Shown here: positions 57,044 to 64,000 of the stretch, in pieces
Layout: each line of letters begins with the position of its first letter
How positions within the stretch are numbered: the stretch's first letter is position 1
Source of the DNA: Candidatus Eiseniibacteriota bacterium
GTDB lineage: Bacteria > Eisenbacteria > RBG-16-71-46
Length of the DNA stretch: 64,000 bases
NCBI GenBank assembly: GCA_038231135.1
Contig: JBBRLX010000006.1
Span: forward strand, 64,001-128,000
Direction of reading: 5' to 3'
The notes under the pieces: model-generated
What the model was told of the DNA's origin: nothing
What the model saw: the letters and a program-made list of their open reading frames with translations, nothing else
Databases searched by the model: none
Translations under genes and position numbers: made by a program

Positions 57044-59374
57044 ATGACCTCTCGATTCGTTCCGGTTCGCACCCGACTGCTGACGAGCTCCGCCGCTCCG
57101 CCGCTCATGCGAATGTTGCACGCGCGGTGCGGCGCGCGGACCCTGGTGCTGGCGGTCGCGCTCGCCGCCGCCGTTCCGGGATCCGCCGCGCTCGCCGCGG
57201 CGCCCCAGCCCGGGCCGCCGATCACGATCCAGCGCATCCACGGACCGATCACCGTGGATGGCGACCTGTCCGAGCCCGCGTGGCAGGGCCTGCCCGCGAT
57301 CACCCAGTGGTACGAGACGCGGGTCGGCGACAACGTCGAGCCGCAGGTGAAGAACGTCGCGTACCTCGCGTACGACGACAAGTACTTCTACGCCGGGTTC
57401 GTGTTCGACGATCCCGCCCCGGCCGCGATCCGCGCGCCGATCGGCGATCACGACGTCGTGCCGTCGTCGACCGACTACGCCGGCGTGATCATCGACAGCC
57501 GGAACGACGGCAAGACCGCGCAGATGTTCCTCGCGAACCCCCACGGTGTTCAGTACGACGCGATCAGCAGCGACGTCTCGGGCGAGGACAACTCGCCGGA
57601 CTTCTTCTGGGACGCGGCCGGCAAGGTCACGGCGACCGGCTGGTCGCTCGAGATCCGGATTCCGTTCTCGTCGCTGCGTTATGGCGACGTCGCGCAGCCC
57701 ACGTGGGGCATCCTGCTCTATCGCAATTATCCGCGTGACCGCCGCTATCAGTTCTTCAACGCCCGGCTGCCCCGCGATGTGAACTGCTTCATATGCAACT
57801 CGAGCAAGCTGAACGGCCTCGCGAACCTGCCGCACGGCGAGCATCTGGTCGTGGCGCCGTTCGCGACCGCGGCGCGCAACAGCGCGCCCGGCGGGGACCT
57901 CGGCAGTCCGCTCGAGGACGAGAACATCAGGACGGACGCGGGCGTGGACGTGAAATGGAATCCGCTGGCGAACACCGCGATCGACGCCACGATCAATCCC
58001 GACTTCTCGCAGGTCGAATCGGACGCCGCTCAGATCACCGCGAACGAGCGGTTTGCGCTGTTCTTCTCGGAGAAGCGGCCGTTCTTCCTCGAAGGGGTGG
58101 ATCTGCTCGCGACGCCGATGCAGGCGGTGTACACGCGCACGATCACGTCGCCCCACGCCGGCCTGCGCGCCACGGGCAAGTTCGGTTCGACCGCGTACAC
58201 CGCGCTCGTCACCGAGGACCGCGGCGGCGGCCTCGTGATCCTGCCCGGACCCGAGGGGTCGGACTTCGCGCTCCAGGACTTCAAGTCGCGCGTCGGGGTG
58301 GCGCGGGTCCGGCAGGACTACGGCAACTCGTTCGGCAGCTTCCTCGTGACCGGGCGCGACATCGACGGCGGCGGGCACAACGTGGTGTTCGGACCCGACG
58401 GCCAGTGGCGCCCGCGGCCGTCCGATTCGTTTACCGGCCAGGCGCTGTGGAGCGACAGCCGCACCCCCAACCGGCCCGATCTCGCGGCCGAGTGGGACCG
58501 CCGGCAACTGCAGGATCACGCGGTCACGCTGCAGTGGTCGCACAGCACGCCCCATCCCGACTGGTTCTTCCAGTTGCAGGACATCGGCAGGAATTTCCGC
58601 GCCGACGAGGGGTTCATGCCGAACGTCGGCTATCGCGAGGCGTTCCTCGACGGCGGCTATACGATCCGCCCCAAGGACCAGTTCCTGTCGCGAGTCCGCG
58701 TGTTCACGACGGACTACTTCGACGGCGACGCGAACGGCGGGCTGCTCAACCGCCGGATTGCGGTGGGCTTTGGCGCGGACGGCAAGCTGAACAGCTTCGT
58801 CCGGCTCGAGCTCAATCGCGACGACATTCGCGTGGGGAACCAGGTGCTCGACCGGTTCCGGCCGCGGCTCTACATGGAATCGAGCCCTGGCCGCATCCTC
58901 AACTTCCTGTCGCTCGACACCTATGCAGGACAGGAGATCGACTTCGCGAACGGCCGCAAGGCGCGCGGCCTGACGCTGATCGGCAGCCTGTCGCTGCGGC
59001 CCGGCGACCACCTGGAGCTGCGCGGCGACGCCAGCCGCCGGTTCGTGAACGTGAACGCGAACGGCGTGTCCGGCCGGCTGTTCACCGCCGAGGTCGAGCG
59101 CGTGCGCGCGACATGGTCGCTCAATTCACGGTCATTCGTGAGATTGATCGGCCAGTACGTCCAGACGCGCCGCGACACCGCGCTCTACACGGTCACGACC
59201 GGAGCGAAGGACGCCGACCTCAGCGCGTCCGGGCTGTTCGCATTCAAGCTCGACTGGCAGACGGTGTTCTACGTGGGGTACGGCGACAACCACACGTTCC
59301 TCGAGACGACGGACCGCCTCGAGCCATCGGCGCGGCAGTGGTTCACGAAGGTGTCGTACGCGTGGCAGCAATGA
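57044..59374 (+). CDS. CBM9-like plus DUF5916-like outer membrane protein
   Basis: ITVDGDLSEPAW; EIRIPFSSLRY; TINPDFSQVESD; LFFSEKRPFFLEG; C-terminal KVSYAW strand. Start uncertain (56963-57107). Confidence 0.9.
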   Translation: MTSRFVPVRTRLLTSSAAPPLMRMLHARCGARTLVLAVALAAAVPGSAALAAAPQPGPPITIQRIHGPITVDGDLSEPAWQGLPAITQWYETRVGDNVEPQVKNVAYLAYDDKYFYAGFVFDDPAPAAIRAPIGDHDVVPSSTDYAGVIIDSRNDGKTAQMFLANPHGVQYDAISSDVSGEDNSPDFFWDAAGKVTATGWSLEIRIPFSSLRYGDVAQPTWGILLYRNYPRDRRYQFFNARLPRDVNCFICNSSKLNGLANLPHGEHLVVAPFATAARNSAPGGDLGSPLEDENIRTDAGVDVKWNPLANTAIDATINPDFSQVESDAAQITANERFALFFSEKRPFFLEGVDLLATPMQAVYTRTITSPHAGLRATGKFGSTAYTALVTEDRGGGLVILPGPEGSDFALQDFKSRVGVARVRQDYGNSFGSFLVTGRDIDGGGHNVVFGPDGQWRPRPSDSFTGQALWSDSRTPNRPDLAAEWDRRQLQDHAVTLQWSHSTPHPDWFFQLQDIGRNFRADEGFMPNVGYREAFLDGGYTIRPKDQFLSRVRVFTTDYFDGDANGGLLNRRIAVGFGADGKLNSFVRLELNRDDIRVGNQVLDRFRPRLYMESSPGRILNFLSLDTYAGQEIDFANGRKARGLTLIGSLSLRPGDHLELRGDASRRFVNVNANGVSGRLFTAEVERVRATWSLNSRSFVRLIGQYVQTRRDTALYTVTTGAKDADLSASGLFAFKLDWQTVFYVGYGDNHTFLETTDRLEPSARQWFTKVSYAWQQ

Positions 59375-59411
59375 CGCGACGGCGCCGGCGCGCGCCGAAT
59401 TCGGACGCGGC

Positions 59412-60083
59412 CTACTTCCGCCGCTCCCAGCGGCGGGTCAATTCGCGCATCAGCGAATCCCGCGCACGGTCCGGTGTGACGAGCGTCATGCCGTCGTATT
59501 TGAAATCGTGCACGGCGCGATAGCCCCCGCTGGAATCGCGCGCGACGACGGCCATGAACGGGTTGACCGCACGATAGTGCGGTTCCACGTGACTCCAGCC
59601 CCGCGGCATCACGGTTCCCGGATACGGGACCAGGTTCACCATCGTGACGCGGCTCTCCTCGTCGCTCGAGATCCTGACGTGGATGTGCGGCGGTCCCTCG
59701 GCGACTCCGGGCAGCACGGAGTGGATGAAGAATTCGCCGCGCGCGCTGGTGCGCAGCACGCCCGCCAGGCGGGGGATGTCCGCGGGATCACCGGGGCGCG
59801 CGTAGTTGCCCTGAGCGTCGGCGTGATAGACGTACATCCTCGCGTGACCCAGCGGCGTCCGTCCATCCACGTCGTAGACCCGTCCCGAGAGCACGAATCG
59901 CGGGCCCGGCTCGCCGGGTGCCAGGTCCACGCGGTCGCCGGTGGGCTCGCGGTTCCACGGCAGAACGTAGCCGGTAGACCCGGGTGCCCGTTTCCACGGC
60001 GGCACGTAGGGCGCGGGCTTCAGCGACATGATCGCGACGGCGAGCCCCAACCATGCGAACGTACGGATCCAGTGACGCGTCAC
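59412..60083 (-). CDS. Exported intradiol ring-cleavage dioxygenase-like protein
   Basis: EPG...LSGRVYD, YHADAQGNY, LRTSARGEF and PPHIH motifs. Confidence 0.78.
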   Translation of the reverse strand: MTRHWIRTFAWLGLAVAIMSLKPAPYVPPWKRAPGSTGYVLPWNREPTGDRVDLAPGEPGPRFVLSGRVYDVDGRTPLGHARMYVYHADAQGNYARPGDPADIPRLAGVLRTSARGEFFIHSVLPGVAEGPPHIHVRISSDEESRVTMVNLVPYPGTVMPRGWSHVEPHYRAVNPFMAVVARDSSGGYRAVHDFKYDGMTLVTPDRARDSLMRELTRRWERRK

Positions 60084-60111
60084 GGCGGCCTCCCGGACTC
60101 GAGAGTGGGGC

Positions 60112-60498
60112 TCAGTAGCTCGGATAGCTCTTCTCCTCCAGGAGCTCCGAGCCGAGTACGACGTTCAGTTCGCGCTTGATCGCGGCGCGGCGGTCGTTCG
60201 TGCGGTAGACCGAGCGCGCCAGCTCGATGAACTCGGCGTCGAACGCCTGGGCCGCTTCCTTGAGGCGGATGCGGTCCTCGATGTCCCACAGCGCCTCGTT
60301 CACCACCCGGAGCTGCGCGGTCAGCGCGCTCACGTCGCGGCCCGCCAGCGGCGACGCGCTCCACGTGGCACGCAACAACTCCAGCTCGCGGCGCACGTTG
60401 GAGAGCCGGGATTCGGCGGTGATGCGCTCGGACTTGATCTCGAGGATCGAGAGCTTGTCGAGGAATTCGCCGGGGGACGTCCGAACGCTGAGCAGCAT
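60112..60498 (-). CDS. DUF6165-like protein
   Basis: SPGEFLDKLSILEIK...VNEALWDIEDRIR...FIELARSVYRTND.R...EEKSY. Confidence 0.88.
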   Translation of the reverse strand: MLLSVRTSPGEFLDKLSILEIKSERITAESRLSNVRRELELLRATWSASPLAGRDVSALTAQLRVVNEALWDIEDRIRLKEAAQAFDAEFIELARSVYRTNDRRAAIKRELNVVLGSELLEEKSYPSY

Positions 60499-60640
60499 TG
60501 TGGGAATCTCCGCGTGGACGATGGTGGCGCTCCGCGGATGCGATCTGCGCCGGCGGGGCGCACGCCGTCCGGAGCCGGTCCACACCGCCACGGGTGACTC
60601 TACGCGGCGGTACGCGTGCGGCGCCAGCGCCCGGCCGGCC

Positions 60641-60667
60641 CGGCTCGCACGGCTCGCCCGGCTCGCA
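60641..60667. repeat. Short tandem repeat, 3 x CGGCTCGC(A/C)
   Basis: CGGCTCGCA CGGCTCGCC CGGCTCGCA in a divergent intergenic region. Confidence 0.6.
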
Positions 60668-60804
60668 GCGGCGATCCCGGGTGGGTGGCGGGGTGCGCGC
60701 GGTGAAATACTCGGGGTACACTTGCCGGGAATCCCGGCCCGGGATCGATCGCGAAGTGAGTTCGTGCAGGACTTCCCATGGGGCGATGGCACTCTGCCAC
60801 TCCG

Positions 60805-62790
60805 ATGACGAACGACGGCCGCCTGTCAGCACTCGAGAGTGAGATCCTGCGTTTGCGCGAGGACAACGCGCGCCTGGCGGCGCAGCTCGCCGCGGTCGCC
60901 GGTCCGGCCGCGGCTCAGGCGCCCCTGGACTTCCGCGTAATCGCCGATGCCATTCCGATTCCGGTGGTCATCAGCCGGCTCTCGGACGGCCAGCTGGTGC
61001 ACACCAATACACTCATGACCCGGATGTTCGGGCTGTCGCGGGAGGAATTCCTCCGCCATCGGTCGGTGAATTTCTATGGGAATCCCGCCGACCGCCAGAG
61101 GTTTATCGAGGCGCTGACCAGCTCGCCGCTGCCGATTCACTTCGAGATCGAGGCGCCGCCGCTGCCCGGAATGCCGGCCTGGGTCGGCTTGACCGCGCAG
61201 CAGATCGTGTTCGATGGCGGGCCCGCCATCTTCGTGTGCATGATCGACATCACCACGCGCAAGCAGGCCGAGCAGGCACTGCGCGCGTCGGAGGAGCTGT
61301 ATCACGCCCTGTTCGACTCCAGCCCGTTCCCGACGTTCATGGTGGACGTGCAGAGCTGGGCGTTCCTCGCGGTCAACGACGCCACCTGCCGCCACTACGG
61401 CTACGCGCGCGAGGAGCTGCTACAGAAGACCATTCGCGACATCCGCGCTGCGGGCGACGAGGCCATCCTGCAGAGCCAGGTTGAGGCATCGCTGCGTGAG
61501 CAGGGCCCGATGACCCACAAGGCCCGGCATCTCCGCAAGGACGGCACCATCCTCCAGGTCGAAGTCACGGCGCGCCCGGTGATGTTCCGCGACCGGATGG
61601 TGTGGATCTCGACCATCCACGATGTGACGGACCGCATGCTGCTCGAGAGCCAGCTTCAGCAGTCCCAGAAGCTCGAGAGCGTGGCGCGGCTGGCCGGCGG
61701 CATCGCGCACGACTTCAACAACCTGCTCACCGCGATCCTGGGATACACGGAATTGCTGGAACATCGGTTCCGGTCCCAGCCGGACGCGGTCGCCGATCTG
61801 GGCGAGATCCGCACGGCCGGCATGCACGCCCGGGAGCTGACGCAGCAGCTGCTCGCGTTCGCCAGGCGTCAGAGCGGTGATCCGCGCGTGATCGACCTCT
61901 CCCGGCTGCTGCTCGATCGTATGTCGCTGCTGTGCCGGCTCGCCGGGGAGGGCATCGAGGTGACCGAGCAGCTGGCGCCCGATCTGTGGTCGATAACGGC
62001 CGATCCCGGGCAGTTCGAACAGGTGCTGATCAACCTGGTGCTGAACGCGCGGGACGCGATGGGTGGGCGCGGCACCCTGACGCTCGTCGCCACGAACCGG
62101 ACGCTCGACGACCATCAAGCGTCGTTGCGACCGCGCCTCACTCCCGGGGACTACGTGCTGCTCGAGATCCGCGACACGGGCGGCGGCATGTCGCCCGAGG
62201 TGCTGTCGCACGTGTTCGAGCCGTTCTTCTCGACGAAGGCCGACGGCGCCGGCACCGGCCTCGGTCTCGCCGCGGTATACGGGATCATGACCCAGGGCGG
62301 TGGTGATGTCTGGGTGGGGAGCGAGGTCGGCGTCGGAACGAGCTTCACGCTGGCGTTCCCGCGCGCCCAGGGCCCGGTGGCCGACGTGCGGCCGGCGGCA
62401 CCCGTGGAGTCCCCGCGCGGCACCGAGACCATCCTGCTGGTCGAGGACAACGCGGCGCTGCGATCGCTCACGTCCCGCATGCTCGAGGAGGCGGGCTATC
62501 GCGTCACGACGGCCGAAAGCGGGCCCGATGCGATCGAGTTGGCCGCGCGGGCGTCCGGGCGGTTCCGGCTGCTGATCACGGACGTGGTCATGCCGCACAT
62601 GAGCGGCAAGGCGCTGGCCGAACGCCTCACGGCGGAGGATCCCCACCTGTGTGTGCTGTTCGTGTCGGGGTTCTCGCTCGACATACTCGGCCGACACGGC
62701 GTCACCGGCGGATCCGGGCAGTTCCTCGCCAAACCGTTCACGGAGACGATGCTGCTGAGCAAGGTGCGGGAATTGCTCGACGTGAACTGA
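60805..62790 (+). CDS. PAS-PAS hybrid histidine kinase (CckA-like architecture)
   Basis: QKLESVARLAGGIAHDFNNLL; NLVLNARDAM; GTGLGL; REC (LLVEDN, TDVVMP, KPF). Confidence 0.95.
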   Translation: MTNDGRLSALESEILRLREDNARLAAQLAAVAGPAAAQAPLDFRVIADAIPIPVVISRLSDGQLVHTNTLMTRMFGLSREEFLRHRSVNFYGNPADRQRFIEALTSSPLPIHFEIEAPPLPGMPAWVGLTAQQIVFDGGPAIFVCMIDITTRKQAEQALRASEELYHALFDSSPFPTFMVDVQSWAFLAVNDATCRHYGYAREELLQKTIRDIRAAGDEAILQSQVEASLREQGPMTHKARHLRKDGTILQVEVTARPVMFRDRMVWISTIHDVTDRMLLESQLQQSQKLESVARLAGGIAHDFNNLLTAILGYTELLEHRFRSQPDAVADLGEIRTAGMHARELTQQLLAFARRQSGDPRVIDLSRLLLDRMSLLCRLAGEGIEVTEQLAPDLWSITADPGQFEQVLINLVLNARDAMGGRGTLTLVATNRTLDDHQASLRPRLTPGDYVLLEIRDTGGGMSPEVLSHVFEPFFSTKADGAGTGLGLAAVYGIMTQGGGDVWVGSEVGVGTSFTLAFPRAQGPVADVRPAAPVESPRGTETILLVEDNAALRSLTSRMLEEAGYRVTTAESGPDAIELAARASGRFRLLITDVVMPHMSGKALAERLTAEDPHLCVLFVSGFSLDILGRHGVTGGSGQFLAKPFTETMLLSKVRELLDVN

Positions 62791-62809
62791 GACGCACTCG
62801 GGGTTTCCG

Positions 62810-63556
62810 CTAGCGCGGCCCGCCGTAATGCCGGATCGCTTCCTCCGCGTGCGGACGGCCGCTCGCACGCAGGATGCGAACGTATTCGTTCACGTCGTAC
62901 GGCACCCGGCGAAAGTCGAGGCTCACCCGCGCGCCCTCGACCTCCAGCACGGCGTACTCGGCCCAGGGATCGATGCGGAGCTCACCCGGCGATGCGTCGT
63001 GCCGGTAGGCGATGCCGATGCTGCCGGGGTTGAAATGCGTCGAGTCCCCGAAGCGCCGCGCGAACTGCAGATGCACGTGGCCGCCGGCCATGAAGTCGGC
63101 CGCGCACGGGGCGAACGCTCGCTCGAACGCCTCACGCGGGGTGTCGGGCAGCAGGATCTCGTCGAACGATGCGGGTGAGCCGTGGTAGCCGACGAACGAG
63201 CGGCCGCCGCAGTCGAGCGCCACCATGGGCACGAACCCTGAGATGAATTCGCGATCGGCCGCGGTCAGCCGGGACAGCGACCACACGCGCACGTCCTCGA
63301 GGATCGCGCGCTGCTGCGGCGTCCTGGGCTCGGCACCGGTGTCGATTCCCGAGAACAGCCATGCGTCCGCATTGCCCATCACCACGGGGCACGCGAGCGA
63401 CCGCAGCCGCTCGACGACTTCGGCGGGCTGGGCACCGCTCTGGACGGTGTCGCCGAGGCAGACCACCCGGTCGGCGGGCCGGCGCCCGAGGTCGGCGAGC
63501 ACGGCGTCCAGAGCGGTGGCGTTGCCATGAATGTCGGACAGGACCGCGAGGCGCAT
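62810..63556 (-). CDS. YfcE/Metallophos_2 family phosphoesterase
   Basis: MRLAVLSDIHGN, CLGD, GNAD, HGSP, GHVH and NPGSIG motifs. Confidence 0.92.
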   Translation of the reverse strand: MRLAVLSDIHGNATALDAVLADLGRRPADRVVCLGDTVQSGAQPAEVVERLRSLACPVVMGNADAWLFSGIDTGAEPRTPQQRAILEDVRVWSLSRLTAADREFISGFVPMVALDCGGRSFVGYHGSPASFDEILLPDTPREAFERAFAPCAADFMAGGHVHLQFARRFGDSTHFNPGSIGIAYRHDASPGELRIDPWAEYAVLEVEGARVSLDFRRVPYDVNEYVRILRASGRPHAEEAIRHYGGPR

Positions 63557-63582
63557 CGGGTGTCGTTGAGTCCTTGAGGGGA

Positions 63583-64000
63583 TCAGTTCTTGAAGAGCAG
63601 CGGATTGCGGGCCAGGAACACTCCGGCCTGGAGCCGGTCCGCGAGCCCGAGCTTCGCCAGCACGTGCCCGACGTGCTTCTTCACCGTGGGTTCGCTGATC
63701 TCGAGCGAACTCGAGATCTCCTTGTTGGACTGACCCTCCGCGATCAACGCCGCCACCTGCAGCTCGCGGTCGGAGAACAACGGCCGGCGCCCGCCTGGCT
63801 GACCGCTGTCGCGGCCCGTCGCGGACAGCATGCCCGAGGCGGTCGTCGGGTCGTACCACGCCTGTCCGCCCGCCACGGCGCGAACGGCGCGGAACAGATC
63901 CTCGGGGTCGGCGCTGCGTCGCAGCGTCGCCATGGCGCCCTGACTCGCCGCGAGCTGCAGACAATCGATGCCGACCGGGCAGGTGCCGAGCGGGATCCCG
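63583..64000 (-). CDS. LuxR/NarL-type transcription regulator; 5' end outside the window
   Basis: FSDRELQV...GQSNKEI...ISEPTVKKHV HTH; frame open to the window end. Confidence 0.9.
   Translation of the reverse strand, partial: GIPLGTCPVGIDCLQLAASQGAMATLRRSADPEDLFRAVRAVAGGQAWYDPTTASGMLSATGRDSGQPGGRRPLFSDRELQVAALIAEGQSNKEISSSLEISEPTVKKHVGHVLAKLGLADRLQAGVFLARNPLLFKN

Noticed and set aside
63557..63964. Extension of ORF 62810..63964
   Set aside because: Overlaps the LuxR gene in another frame; phosphoesterase homology starts at ATG 63556.
1..64000. Intact mobile element (integrase, transposase, prophage) or CRISPR-Cas
   Set aside because: No such genes or terminal repeats were recognised; only the tRNA 3' duplication and gene scraps suggest past mobility.

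Overview
GC-rich bacterial DNA. Three secreted proteins share a FlgD-Ig/T9SS-like C-terminal domain, which suggests an FCB-related lineage such as Candidatus Eisenbacteria (inference). In order, the window holds: a partial M1 aminopeptidase; an FG-GAP/ASPIC secreted protein with a LytS/LytTR pair; an AspT/YidE transporter; a methyltransferase and a GT2; a tRNA-Ser/Ser/Arg cluster followed by ~2 kb of gene scraps (deleted TIR-like gene, ECF sigma fragment) and orphan lipoproteins; a MASE1-CHASE-PAS kinase with a receiver protein; tadA; a protealysin-emfourin operon; a 9-gene surface-polysaccharide cluster; and a giant beta-helix/Ig-repeat/CBM surface protein. The most interesting locus is ~43-54.7 kb: two exported metallophosphoesterases, TonB-C, an Omp85-like barrel, a signal-peptide-bearing atypical kinase-fold protein, two NTT (ATP/ADP translocase-family) transporters (one fused to HEAT repeats) and a cNMP-binding protein. 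It is a candidate extracytoplasmic phosphorylation or nucleotide-trafficking system. The window ends with PAS hybrid kinases, a DUF5916-like protein and small enzymes. No CRISPR array, integrase or transposase was seen. All family calls come from motif recognition by eye, not database searches.
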